Below are positions 11,324-20,962 of a stretch of 33,125 bases of DNA, piece after piece. The stretch is taken from the IMG/VR virus record IMGVR_UViG_2718218402_000003; one strand, written 5' to 3'. A program made the position numbers and the translations under genes. The DNA is from a virus. Its lineage: Duplodnaviria; Heunggongvirae; Uroviricota; Caudoviricetes. The notes beneath the pieces are model-generated. The model had not been told where the DNA came from. It did no database searches and saw only the letters and a list, made by a program, of their open reading frames with translations. Positions within the stretch are counted from its first letter, which is position 1; each line of letters starts with the position of its first letter.

Positions 11324-11765
11324 GCCTGTGTCCATATTACGTGGGTAGGATCACGCCTCGAGAACTGGTTCGAACGTGGTCTGGAACAGGTCAGCGCTAC
11401 TTATGAAAAACGGAACGACGGAGGGATTCGCGTACTTAACCGTGGATACGATCCAACGAAAAACAAATGGAGCGAGAGCGAAGGTAAAGCATACTTTACT
11501 GGAGATACTAAAACTGCAGCGTTGAAAGTTTCGTTTTTTGGCCCCTTCTATGGTGGCTATAATGTAATCAAACTGGATGATGAGTATAAGTATGCTCTTG
11601 TCAGTGGTCCGAACAGAGAATACCTATGGATTCTGGCAAGGACCCAAACTATTCCAGATAATGTAAAAGCAGACTATGTGCGTACCGCTCAAAAGTTGGG
11701 ATTCAATGTCAATGAACTATTATGGGTTAAACAATAAAATCCCCACCCGAAATGATACTTATTAG

Positions 11766-11792
11766 AAAAAAACCAGCCTTTGGGGAGGCTGG
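11766..11792 (-). terminator. Terminator-like hairpin between blc 3' end and Q gene (probably bidirectional)
   Basis: A-run, then CCAGCCT-ttgggg-AGGCTGG; a T-run follows on the minus strand. Confidence 0.45.
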
Positions 11793-11892
11793 CTAAATCA
11801 GGAAACAAGCTGTTATATGATAATAACTACGTTGCGATTCCAACATTTAAAATGTTAGACTAATGAAAATCAGACAGCAACTTTTCCTTTAA

Positions 11893-12270
11893 TTATTTCG
11901 AACAATCAGCATCCATCTCCAATCGGAGATCCAACACCATCAGCATGCCCTCCACTACGCCCTCAGCTTTCTGGAGCATCCTGCCAACCCAACAATCAGA
12001 TCGCCCATGCTTACGTGCAAGCGCCATAAAAGTCATGCCGCCGACATAATAGTTCACCAATAAATCATGTAAATCGCTGTTGTTTTTTTTCAGGCGAGCC
12101 ATACATTCACAAATGATCATCGCGTCATCGTCACAGCATTGCGGACGAGATCTTACTTTTGAAGGAATTAATCCCTTAAAACCGGCGGCAATGGACGACC
12201 AGGTCACATCTTCATGATTATTAGCCGCCCATGCCCCCCAACGCTCAAGAACCATCTGAATATCACGCAT
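11893..12270 (-). CDS. quuQ: Late-gene antiterminator Q (QuuD/QuuQ, phage-82 Q family)
   Basis: From [26 protein letters not shown]..., matching DLP12/Qin Q proteins as recalled; sits upstream of the lysis/cargo region. Confidence 0.8.
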   Translation of the reverse strand: MRDIQMVLERWGAWAANNHEDVTWSSIAAGFKGLIPSKVRSRPQCCDDDAMIICECMARLKKNNSDLHDLLVNYYVGGMTFMALARKHGRSDCWVGRMLQKAEGVVEGMLMVLDLRLEMDADCSK

Positions 12271-12287
12271 CAACTTACTCCACAAAA

Positions 12288-13337
12288 TTAGGCCAGCACA
12301 CCAATTGCCAGCGCGCGATCGATAAATCGAAAAATCAGCTCCAGTTGGGAGCCATACTTCTCTTCAAATGCCACGGTATCCGTATGCAACTCGTCGTGAT
12401 GCTTTCTGCACAAAGGCAAAACAAAGAGATCATGTGCTTTGGTTCCCATTCCGCCCTGCCCGTGACTAATCAGATGATGCGGATCGTCGGCTGGCATACC
12501 GCAGCAAGCACACGGCTGTGTCTTAACCCAGCGTGTGTATTTCTCCTTAACCCACCGGTGACGTTTAGGCAGCTTCATGAAAGATTCCGGAGACTCTGGA
12601 TCAACGGTGATGCTTACCACCGTCTTTTCCTGTGATGGGTTTTGTTGCTGGTGGGCGTGAGGCAACGGTGCAAGATTTTTTGTGCACTGTTTCAATATGC
12701 TGGTGGCGGTCTGCTCTCCCGGTACGATGTCGCTTTCGCGGTACACCGAGCAGATTTTTTCCGCTGGTAATCCCAGCGAGCGACGTAATACCGCTTCCGG
12801 TAGCGCGTCCGCCAGCTGATTGCGGACCGCCCACCAGGATAATTCAGCCAGAGATAATTCACGCTCCTGCGTACCGCTTATTGCGTGACCGATGACGTCA
12901 ATCATCCATGCTGACAGGTTTTGATGAGCAAGTTGCTCGAGTGATTCGGATGTCTGGTCACGCAGCTGGTTGTCGCAGTGCCAGCACAACACCATTGCGC
13001 CGGTACCATATCGGTGAATAACGGTTTCGCTGTGATGATAATCGCCGTGTGGCCACTGGCAGGATTTAATATGGCGCAACAGCCAGTCAGACAATGCACC
13101 AGCACCACCAGCAGCACGAATTACCCGTGCGTTACTGAAAAACGGCAGCAATGTTTTGTCTTCCACCAGCGGCTGGCGAACGGCAGGAACGACCCCGGAC
13201 GGCAGATTACGCATGCTTTTCGGTTCCGGCTCCACCAGTACCCGGGTATTGTGGAATACCGGCATGGATTCACGGCCCGGCTTAACGACCACCAGCCCGA
13301 GTTCCGGTACCAGAACAGGTCGAAGTAATACCCGCAC
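12288..13337 (-). CDS. ydfU: DUF968-family protein (YdfU-like)
   Basis: 349-aa ORF directly upstream of Q, as in Qin; start codon not verified. Confidence 0.6.
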   Translation of the reverse strand: MRVLLRPVLVPELGLVVVKPGRESMPVFHNTRVLVEPEPKSMRNLPSGVVPAVRQPLVEDKTLLPFFSNARVIRAAGGAGALSDWLLRHIKSCQWPHGDYHHSETVIHRYGTGAMVLCWHCDNQLRDQTSESLEQLAHQNLSAWMIDVIGHAISGTQERELSLAELSWWAVRNQLADALPEAVLRRSLGLPAEKICSVYRESDIVPGEQTATSILKQCTKNLAPLPHAHQQQNPSQEKTVVSITVDPESPESFMKLPKRHRWVKEKYTRWVKTQPCACCGMPADDPHHLISHGQGGMGTKAHDLFVLPLCRKHHDELHTDTVAFEEKYGSQLELIFRFIDRALAIGVLA

Positions 13338-13338
13338 G

Positions 13339-13728
13339 TTACCTCCAGAGGCGTTGCTGGAATGTACGGGACGGACGCGGTGGGCGTTCGGAGTAAGGCA
13401 ATCTGACTGAGATTATCCAGTGACGGTAGTCGAGGCTAAGGGCTTTTTTAACCTCGTATCCGCGCCTGCGGTAACACTGAATTATCCATTCAGCCTGCTC
13501 TTCAGTGCATGGTGGATGCTGGAACCAGTCCGATTTGAATGCATGAAAACGCCGTCCGCACCTGCTGGCAAAGACGGCAGAATCATCAGAATTGTGTAAT
13601 TTGGTATCGTGCGCCATCGGTTGTCTCTGCTGGCGCAGCAGGTGCCAGTTGTTCAGGCTGGCGTATAAAGTATAAATAAACTGGTTCCAGTGTAAAGCCC
13701 CTACATTAATGGAATAAAAGTCAAACAA
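13339..13728 (-). CDS. Hypothetical phage protein (Cys/His-containing)
   Basis: 129-aa ORF tightly coupled to ydfU; true start may be the internal Met. Confidence 0.35.
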   Translation of the reverse strand: MFDFYSINVGALHWNQFIYTLYASLNNWHLLRQQRQPMAHDTKLHNSDDSAVFASRCGRRFHAFKSDWFQHPPCTEEQAEWIIQCYRRRGYEVKKALSLDYRHWIISVRLPYSERPPRPSRTFQQRLWR

Positions 13729-13980
13729 CAGATTGTTGGGATAAACACAACGCTTATTATTAAAAGCGATTAGATAAATTAAATTTTAATGTTATGCAAT
13801 TTTACCAGATCACCATAACATCTCGTTTGAAACCACCAAAACAACAACCATATCAATATTGATTATGTTAAAGTGAGTAAATATGGAAAACAACAAATCT
13901 GCACATTACGCTCCTTTTTTATCTGTGATACTTTTTGTTTTATGCTGTGTGTGGGCATTATTTTTATAAAAATATTTACA

Positions 13981-14007
13981 GATAAAATAAACCCGCCGAA
14001 GCGGGTT
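13981..14007 (-). terminator. Hairpin downstream of hokD (terminator / 3' fold-back element)
   Basis: AACCCGC-CGAA-GCGGGTT followed on the minus strand by a T-rich run; a second hairpin GCGAGGGA-tttct-CCCTCGC lies at about 14049-14069. Confidence 0.5.
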
Positions 14008-14075
14008 AAGTGCGGGTGCATTGAGGATGCCTGACACATCAGAGGTGGCGAGGGATTTCTCCCTCGCCTGGTCTC

Positions 14076-14231
14076 TTACTCCTCAGGTTCGTAAGCTGTG
14101 AAGACAGCGACCTCCGTCTGGCCGGTTCGGATTCGTACCTCGCAGAGGTCTTTCCTCGTTACCAGTGCCGTCACTATGACGGTTAAACAGATGACGATCA
14201 GGGCGATTAACATCGCCTTTTGCTGCTTCAT
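14076..14231 (-). CDS. hokD: Hok/Gef-family type I toxin (HokD/RelF-like)
   Basis: 51 aa MKQQKAMLIALIVICLTVIVTALVTRKDLCEVRIRTGQTEVAVFTAYEPEE; AAGGAGAAG Shine-Dalgarno before ATG 14231; the track ORF extends upstream in frame. Confidence 0.85.
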   Translation of the reverse strand: MKQQKAMLIALIVICLTVIVTALVTRKDLCEVRIRTGQTEVAVFTAYEPEE

Positions 14232-14906
14232 AGCCTGCTTCTCCTTGCCTTTCGGCACGTAAGAGGCTAACCTAGATTTGCCGTTCATAGATTGAGCCTC
14301 AGATTAATGTTAAGCGTCTTGCAGGACGCGTAATGTTAACTGGGGCTTTTCTCTATCTGCCGTTGGTGTTCATGCCTGAGACAGATAGCCTCAAGCACCC
14401 GCAGCCATTCTACTTAACTCCCGTCACCTCGCCAATATGAAATCAGTCAGAAAGGCGATCCATAAGAACAACAGCAAGGCAATAAATTGCCATTACAGCA
14501 GCAATAGCCAGCGCACATTTGAGAACCAGCACCACAACCTCCTGTATTGGACGTACACCAGTCCTGATAAATATGAGGCTGTCTCGTCAGTGATTCAATA
14601 CAACTATTGGGTATAGTTTCTGTGATTTTGTTCTGTAGAAATGGAACACAACAACCAGTCACCACCAGCACTTCTTTAAATACGCCAAGTCCGACGCAAG
14701 CTAACCTTCTAGGCCGCTTTGAGCGAAGAGCGGACGCTCGCATCTGTCCCAACACACTGAGGGCTTCACGAACACCTAGGTGTACTCGTCAACTGGGAAA
14801 AAGTCAGATTATCTGTAAGCGTACAGCCTGAACCGTCTGGTCAGAATCTGACGAATTAGACAAAGTGGTGTCCACCAAATAAGTAGTGGGAACCAAAGTA
14901 TCAGAT

Positions 14907-15287
14907 ATGCAGAAAAATGTGACTCCCGGCAGGCGAAAAGGCTGCCCTAATTATCCTCCCGAATTTAAACAGCAGCTCGTTGCTGCCTCCTGTGAACCCG
15001 GGATATCCATCTCAAAACTTGCTCTTGAAAATGGCATTAACGCCAATCTGTTGTTCAAATGGCGACAACAATGGCGCGAGGGAAAGCTGCTATTACCTTC
15101 TTCAGAGAGCCCCCAGCTACTTCCTGTGACTCTCGATGCAGCTGCCGAACAGCCAGAATCGCTCGCAGAGGACCCGGAAACCCTCAGTATCAGCTGTGAG
15201 GTAACGTTCCGGCACGGGACGCTCCGCTTCAATGGCAATGTCAGCGAAAAGCTCCTGACTCTGCTGATACAGGAACTGAAGCGATGA
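14907..15287 (+). CDS. IS66-family TnpA (orf1)
   Basis: ATG at 14907 (MQKNVTPGRRKG...); the track start at 14886 is a GTG. Confidence 0.8.
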   Translation: MQKNVTPGRRKGCPNYPPEFKQQLVAASCEPGISISKLALENGINANLLFKWRQQWREGKLLLPSSESPQLLPVTLDAAAEQPESLAEDPETLSISCEVTFRHGTLRFNGNVSEKLLTLLIQELKR

Positions 15288-15631
15288 TCCCGTTACCTTC
15301 CGGGACCAAAATTTGGCTGGTTGCCGGTATCACCGATATGAGAAATGGCTTCAACGGCCTGGCTGCGAAAGTACAAACGGCGCTGAAAGACGATCCCATG
15401 TCCGGCCATGTTTTCATTTTCCGGGGCCGCAGCGGCAGTCAGGTTAAACTGCTGTGGTCCACCGGTGACGGACTGTGCCTCCTGACCAAACGGCTGGAGC
15501 GTGGGCGCTTCGCCTGGCCGTCAGCCCGTGATGGCAAAGTGTTCCTTACGCAGGCGCAGCTGGCGATGCTGCTGGAAGGTATCGACTGGCGACAGCCTAA
15601 GCGGCTGCTGACCTCCCTGACCATGCTGTAA
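15284..15631 (+). CDS. IS66-family TnpB (orf2)
   Basis: 115 aa, overlapping tnpA stop; characteristic IS66 orf2. Confidence 0.85.
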   Translation: MIPLPSGTKIWLVAGITDMRNGFNGLAAKVQTALKDDPMSGHVFIFRGRSGSQVKLLWSTGDGLCLLTKRLERGRFAWPSARDGKVFLTQAQLAMLLEGIDWRQPKRLLTSLTML

Positions 15632-15680
15632 ATCTCTTTATCCTGGTTGTCACAGAATAAGCCCGGTAAAATACGGGCTT

Positions 15681-17219
15681 ATGAACGACATCTCTTCTGA
15701 CGACATCTTCCTGCTGAAACAGCGCCTGGCCGAACAGGAAGCGCTGATCCACGCCCTGCAGGAAAAGCTGAGCAACCGGGAGCGCGAAATAGACCATCTG
15801 CAGGCGCAGCTGGATAAACTCCGCCGGATGAACTTCGGCAGTCGTTCCGAAAAAGTCTCCCGCCGTATCGCACAAATGGAAGCCGATCTGAACCGGCTTC
15901 AGAAAGAGAGCGATACGCTGACTGGTAGGGTGTATGACCCGGCAGTACAGCGTCCGTTGCGTCAGACCCGCACCCGTAAGCCGTTCCCTGAATCACTACC
16001 CCGTGACGAAAAGCGACTGTTGCCTGCGGCGCCGTGCTGCCCGAACTGCGGCGGTTCACTGAGCTATCTGGGCGAGGATACCGCCGAACAGCTGGAGTTG
16101 ATGCGTAGCGCCTTCCGGGTTATCCGGACGGTACGGGAAAAACATGCCTGTACTCAGTGCGATGCCATCGTGCAGGCACCTGCACCTTCGCGGCCCATCG
16201 AGCGGAGTATCGCCGGACCGGGGCTGCTGGCCCGCGTGCTGACCTCGAAGTATGCAGAGCACACCCCGCTGTATCGCCAGTCAGAAATATACGGCCGGCA
16301 AGGTGTGGAGCTGAGGCGTTCACTGCTGTCGGGCTGGGTGGATGCATGCTGCCGGCTGCTGTCTCCGCTGGAAGAGGCGCTTCATGGCTATGTCATGACT
16401 GACGGCAAACTCCATGCCGATGATACCCCGGTCCAGGTACTGCTGCCGGGTAATAAGAAGACGAAGACCGGGCGGTTGTGGGCGTATGTTCGTGATGACC
16501 GCAATGCAGGGTCAGCGTTGGCACCTGCAGTGTGGTTCGCTTACAGCCCGGACAGAAAAGGCATCCATCCGCAGACTCATCTTGCCTGCTTCAGCGGTGT
16601 GCTGCAAGCGGATGCGTACGCCGGGTTCAACGAGCTGTATCGCAATGGTGGGATAACGGAAGCTGCCTGCTGGGCTCATGCCCGCCGAAAGATCCACGAT
16701 GTGCACGTCCGCATCCCGTCAGCACTGACGGAAGAAGCCCTGGAGCAGATCGGTCAGTTGTACGCCATAGAGGCGGATATAAGGGGAATGCCGGCAGAGC
16801 AGCGGCTTGCTGAACGTCAGCGAAAAACGAAACCGTTGTTGAAATCCCTGGAAAGCTGGTTGCGTGAAAAGATGAAGACCCTGTCGCGACACTCAGAGTT
16901 GGCGAAGGCGTTCGCGTACGCACTTAACCAGTGGCCGGCACTGACGTACTATGCGAACGATGGCTGGGTGGAAATCGACAACAACATCGCTGAAAATGCC
17001 CTGCGGGCGGTCAGTCTGGGTCGTAAAAACTTCCTGTTCTTCGGCTCTGACCATGGTGGTGAGCGGGGAGCGCTACTGTACAGCCTGATCGGGACGTGCA
17101 AACTGAATGACGTGGATCCAGAAAGCTACCTTCGCCATGTGCTTGGCGTCATAGCAGACTGGCCGGTCAACCGGGTCAGCGAACTGCTTCCGTGGCGCAT
17201 AGCACTGCCAGCTGAATAA
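15681..17219 (+). CDS. IS66-family transposase TnpC
   Basis: 512 aa with N-terminal leucine zipper, CxxC...CxxC zinc finger and DDE region. Confidence 0.9.
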   Translation: MNDISSDDIFLLKQRLAEQEALIHALQEKLSNREREIDHLQAQLDKLRRMNFGSRSEKVSRRIAQMEADLNRLQKESDTLTGRVYDPAVQRPLRQTRTRKPFPESLPRDEKRLLPAAPCCPNCGGSLSYLGEDTAEQLELMRSAFRVIRTVREKHACTQCDAIVQAPAPSRPIERSIAGPGLLARVLTSKYAEHTPLYRQSEIYGRQGVELRRSLLSGWVDACCRLLSPLEEALHGYVMTDGKLHADDTPVQVLLPGNKKTKTGRLWAYVRDDRNAGSALAPAVWFAYSPDRKGIHPQTHLACFSGVLQADAYAGFNELYRNGGITEAACWAHARRKIHDVHVRIPSALTEEALEQIGQLYAIEADIRGMPAEQRLAERQRKTKPLLKSLESWLREKMKTLSRHSELAKAFAYALNQWPALTYYANDGWVEIDNNIAENALRAVSLGRKNFLFFGSDHGGERGALLYSLIGTCKLNDVDPESYLRHVLGVIADWPVNRVSELLPWRIALPAE

Positions 17220-17280
17220 CACATCCCCGTCAATACGGCCCTCGCTGTACGCTTACGATTATCTGCGTAAGTTTCAGCGT

Positions 17281-17308
17281 AAAAATTGGGCACTATAAAA
17301 GTGCCCAA
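17281..17308 (-). terminator. Rho-independent terminator of the large NTPase gene
   Basis: TTGGGCAC-tataaaa-GTGCCCAA hairpin followed on the minus strand by TTTTT; 22 nt downstream of the stop at 17330. Confidence 0.55.
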
Positions 17309-17329
17309 ACTGTAGAAAAATACATAATG

Positions 17330-20300
17330 CTATGTATCTGAGCCAAACATAGAGCGCCGCCTTGTTATTTTATAATAAGTGGGATTTTCATTATCCACCT
17401 CAAAATCAGAGAAGAAGTGGTTATCTCTTAATGCTGTTAATAAACTTTGATTAGTTGAATCAACTTCAATTTTAGGTTTGCCTCGCCCCAAAATTTTACT
17501 GAACTCCGATAAACCAAGCAGATCAAGATACTCTTTGCAAGTCGTCTTACTCAAATCCTTACCCGGCAACAAAGCGATTAGCAGTGCTATTTTATTCTGC
17601 ATATTCAGTCCCTCTGCGACAAACAGGTTTTTTAGTAACGGTTCAGAAACATCATTAGGACTTGCTATCAATGCTGATATATCCTGTATTGCTCGACTCA
17701 AGATGAGCGACTGAGTAGAGGTTCCCCAAGTTTTATAAGATGACGTCAAGATTAGAAGTTCATCTGGTTTAAAATTATTTTCTAAAATATAGTCATTAAC
17801 GACCTGAGAGTAATTCTTACTATAAATAGCCAACGGAGTTTTAACAAACTCGAGTAGCTTAACTTTCAAATCATCATCAACTTTCCAAGAAAGTATTGAT
17901 ATAGCCTCATCCAAAATAAAGTTATCAATCGTCATTAATTCAACGTATGCCCTGATATTCTTATGAATATAATAGGAAAGTTGCTCTGAATAGTTATCTC
18001 GTATGAAATTAAGTGGCGCAACATTCATACGAATAATATTTTTATCCACTAATATTTTGAACTTATCACTCGCGATATTACTAGCGCTAAAGGATGTTTT
18101 ACAAATAATATTTAGTGAGCAAATTAATTTTTCATATTTATCATTTGATAAATCATTACAGATAACAATCGATTTAAATAATTTACCTTTAAGCTCGTTA
18201 TCAATATTAATATTTTGAAAATTCAGGTCTACATCAGTTCTATTGATAAATTCGATAAGTGAGTCATCCAGTCCATCAACATGTTCAAAATAAGAGACAA
18301 TATTTTCCTCAGAGCACACTGCTCTATCTTTATCCAACAAAGATGACCATAAAGATTCGCTCTCAACCTCACTCAGAGATGTCACGAAAGTTTGCAAAGC
18401 GTTTATATACTGGCCTTTTTGTTCATCAGATATTCCCTCATTATTAAGAACGGATAAAACAATGGATTCATCATCCACGATTGAACCATCACAACTAGAT
18501 AAAACCATATCCAGATAGTCCCTAATATGGTTATTAACATAACTAGCCAAGGGAGAATCAGGTTGTGACATCACTAGTGTATAGTTCTTATGGCGAATAT
18601 CATCTTCACTATTAAGCGTGTAAACCTTACTCAGCATTAAGGTCAGGTTGGAAAAATTAATATCATAAAGTGAATGCTGGTAAACCGCATCAAAGAGTAC
18701 TTTATTTGCGTTTTCAAATTTAATACTGACAAAAGAAACGTTAAGCAACTTAAAACCACTAATTAATTTGTCAACCTTCGGTTCTGATATTGCTAAATAA
18801 CCTGCCGAATCAGAGATGTAATCAGTCAGACAATCATCAATATTAATGGCCTCGATGGCGTCATTGGCAGAATAATAAAACGTGCCTATAGAGTAGAGTT
18901 TAACCCAATCAGCAGAAAATTCACTCTCTGTCAGCGCATAAGAAAAAAACTCAGGCCACTGTGTATTTAATCGATTAATGAAGACAGGCTGAGCCCTCTC
19001 AGTTTCAAAGTAACCACGAATAAACTCAACTCTTCTATCTTTTCTTAGTTGTTTGAATAAACGTTTTATTAAGTTTACCTGGGCTGGCGTTTGAAGCAGA
19101 TAAGCTAATAAATCAAAATTAAGCGCCTCTTCCTGTTCAAAATCCACTTCTCGAAGGCGGGCAACGACCAGCTTGGGGTTCTTGAGTTGATAAGTGAACT
19201 CTTTGCCTTTTTGATCGGTAATGCTGCGTAAAAACATCTTATCAATTCGACTCAGGCTATTTTCATAAAAATAGGTCATATAGTCGGTATAGGTTTCATC
19301 AATATAACCATCACGAATAAGGTATTTAAGCAAGTCAAAATACTCACTGCTTTTTATTTCATTAAAGTCTCTTTCCTCTCCAATTTCATTGGTATAGGTG
19401 AGTTTAAATATTTCATCAATGTTTTCTCTAGTTATTACTTCTTTAAGTCTTTTGTTTCTAGAATCAACCAAACTTTCTCTTGATCTTGATATAAGCTCAT
19501 TAATTTCTTCTATTTTACCATTAAATTTATTTTCAACACTTTCTTTTCTAGCCGCCCTTCTCTTTGCTATATCAGCTTTCTCAGCCTGATTATAGTGAGG
19601 ATGATTATTATATCTAGATAATTCCTTATCGTATATAGCATCAACCTCCTGACTAGAGTTGAGTATTTCATCATTGATTGCCTCAATCTCTTTTTTTCTA
19701 TCTCTAATATCTTTTTCTATTTTCTTTATTTCTTCAATAATAAGGTTGTCTTTTTCACTAAATATGGTATAAACCATACCTTGATTAAGTTGCAACTCAC
19801 TAAAATCTCTTGGGAAAATATTCTTATAGGCAATAATGGCCAACATTTTATTACAGTCAAGTTCTGTCGTGTTTAATTTGTTATAATAAATTTGAAATTC
19901 GTTATAAATATTCTTCAATATTCTCATATCATCAATATATAAAGACATCCCTTGTAGAAATCTTTCATTGAACAACTTGAGAATACCACCACCATCAAAA
20001 TGTGTGATAAACTGATCGTAAGAGTTAGAACTATCAACAACAGGAATAACTGGAATGATATAATCAAAGAATTTGGTTCTATCCTTCGAAATGAAGATAT
20101 CATCACGAAGCAAGTAAATAAAACGTAACGTCGATTTCTTGTGCCCTGCTGTGTCCCGTTGAATATTAACCAGTCTGTTAACCTCATGAAGACGTTCAAA
20201 GATGTTATTACTATTAAAACGGTCCATGTCTTCAAAAACAATGGCATCAGCATCAACGTTCTCGAAAAGGTACAATACTTCATTTAAATATCTATCGAAA

Positions 20301-20962
20301 TAAGACTCGTTACTTTCTTCAAAAATCTCTATTTCATTACCCTGTAAATTTATTTTCTTAAGAACATTACGATTCTTTTGGGTTTTTATTAACTTGTAAA
20401 TGAAAATACAAGATAGGATAGTACATATAAACCCACTAATTAAAAGCGTATCGTATTTAGTTGATAATGTAAGTAGTGTCTTTATATTACCTTCAGATAA
20501 AAGTGAAACAAACTTTTCCCACTTATTAAATAGCGTGATATGTAGTATCATAGCGATAAATAACACCGTAAAGATGGTGTTTATCACAATGTTGTTAGTT
20601 TTTATTTTTTTCTTTACTTTAAAATGTGTCTGGGGAATATCATCAGCATTAATTTGGTGAATTAACTGGTTAAGAACTTTACCTTCTAACGCGGTTTCAT
20701 TTATATCTTTACTTGGTTCATTAGTTTCAGCTTCCTCAATCGATCTGAAATGAGCAAGTGAGATATGAACAAACTTTATATTTGAATGACTTTTCTTATA
20801 GGATTCGATAAGACTACTTTTTCCTGCGCTATATTGCCCTGATATCGCAACATTTTTTAGATCGTTATTGGCAAAAACAAAATCTATCGCATTTTTATAT
20901 ACACCCAGCTCAACATCGCTGAACGGCGTTAACTTTTGAAATTTATAGCTATCATCACTCAT
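17330..20962 (-). CDS. Large (1210 aa) membrane-inserted P-loop NTPase, KAP/YobI-like; candidate stand-alone phage-defence or abortive-infection protein
   Basis: Walker A GQYSAGKS (aa 42-49, nt about 20816-20839), two predicted TM helices (aa about 125-145 and 172-192) between Walker A and Walker B IVFEDMD (aa 241-247); coiled-coil-like segment aa about 400-500; about 950 aa of unassigned C-terminal sequence; strongly AT-rich by eye; SD GGAAGGGA upstream; own terminator. CDS is certain, function is inferred. Confidence 0.6.
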   Translation of the reverse strand: MSDDSYKFQKLTPFSDVELGVYKNAIDFVFANNDLKNVAISGQYSAGKSSLIESYKKSHSNIKFVHISLAHFRSIEEAETNEPSKDINETALEGKVLNQLIHQINADDIPQTHFKVKKKIKTNNIVINTIFTVLFIAMILHITLFNKWEKFVSLLSEGNIKTLLTLSTKYDTLLISGFICTILSCIFIYKLIKTQKNRNVLKKINLQGNEIEIFEESNESYFDRYLNEVLYLFENVDADAIVFEDMDRFNSNNIFERLHEVNRLVNIQRDTAGHKKSTLRFIYLLRDDIFISKDRTKFFDYIIPVIPVVDSSNSYDQFITHFDGGGILKLFNERFLQGMSLYIDDMRILKNIYNEFQIYYNKLNTTELDCNKMLAIIAYKNIFPRDFSELQLNQGMVYTIFSEKDNLIIEEIKKIEKDIRDRKKEIEAINDEILNSSQEVDAIYDKELSRYNNHPHYNQAEKADIAKRRAARKESVENKFNGKIEEINELISRSRESLVDSRNKRLKEVITRENIDEIFKLTYTNEIGEERDFNEIKSSEYFDLLKYLIRDGYIDETYTDYMTYFYENSLSRIDKMFLRSITDQKGKEFTYQLKNPKLVVARLREVDFEQEEALNFDLLAYLLQTPAQVNLIKRLFKQLRKDRRVEFIRGYFETERAQPVFINRLNTQWPEFFSYALTESEFSADWVKLYSIGTFYYSANDAIEAINIDDCLTDYISDSAGYLAISEPKVDKLISGFKLLNVSFVSIKFENANKVLFDAVYQHSLYDINFSNLTLMLSKVYTLNSEDDIRHKNYTLVMSQPDSPLASYVNNHIRDYLDMVLSSCDGSIVDDESIVLSVLNNEGISDEQKGQYINALQTFVTSLSEVESESLWSSLLDKDRAVCSEENIVSYFEHVDGLDDSLIEFINRTDVDLNFQNINIDNELKGKLFKSIVICNDLSNDKYEKLICSLNIICKTSFSASNIASDKFKILVDKNIIRMNVAPLNFIRDNYSEQLSYYIHKNIRAYVELMTIDNFILDEAISILSWKVDDDLKVKLLEFVKTPLAIYSKNYSQVVNDYILENNFKPDELLILTSSYKTWGTSTQSLILSRAIQDISALIASPNDVSEPLLKNLFVAEGLNMQNKIALLIALLPGKDLSKTTCKEYLDLLGLSEFSKILGRGKPKIEVDSTNQSLLTALRDNHFFSDFEVDNENPTYYKITRRRSMFGSDT

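Larger units (their letters stand above)
10096..11353 (+). mobile_element. IS3 insertion sequence (1258 bp) with 3-bp target-site duplication CGC
   Basis: Starts TGATCTTACCCAGCAATAGTGG, ends GTGGGTAGGATCA; CGC at 10093-10095 and 11354-11356; encodes orfA/orfB. Confidence 0.9.
9952..11737 (+). pseudogene. blc: Lipocalin gene blc (outer-membrane lipoprotein Blc homologue) interrupted by IS3
   Basis: N-terminal part 9952-10095 (MKLWPVLTGIALSFTLIACKAPTPP...YLGKWYEIAR) and C-terminal part 11354-11737 (LENWFERGLE...VSFFGPFYGGYNVI...) are in frame once the IS and one TSD copy are removed. Confidence 0.75.
14815..17256 (+). mobile_element. IS66-family insertion sequence (2442 bp, ISEc8-like size) with 8-bp TSD GATTATCT
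   Basis: Terminal inverted repeats GTAAGCGTACAGC... at 14815 and ...GCTGTACGCTTAC ending 17256; GATTATCT at 14807-14814 and 17257-17264; three ORFs tnpA/tnpB/tnpC. Confidence 0.85.

Noticed and set aside
14447-14755. 102-aa Cys-rich minus-strand ORF upstream of hokD
   Set aside because: Low-complexity, implausible composition, no RBS; checked for RelE/RelB-like sequence and found none by eye.
15679-16059. Several minus-strand ORFs (e.g. 15679-16059, 16627-16923) inside the IS66 element
   Set aside because: Antisense to the well-supported tnpC frame; GC-rich antisense artefacts.
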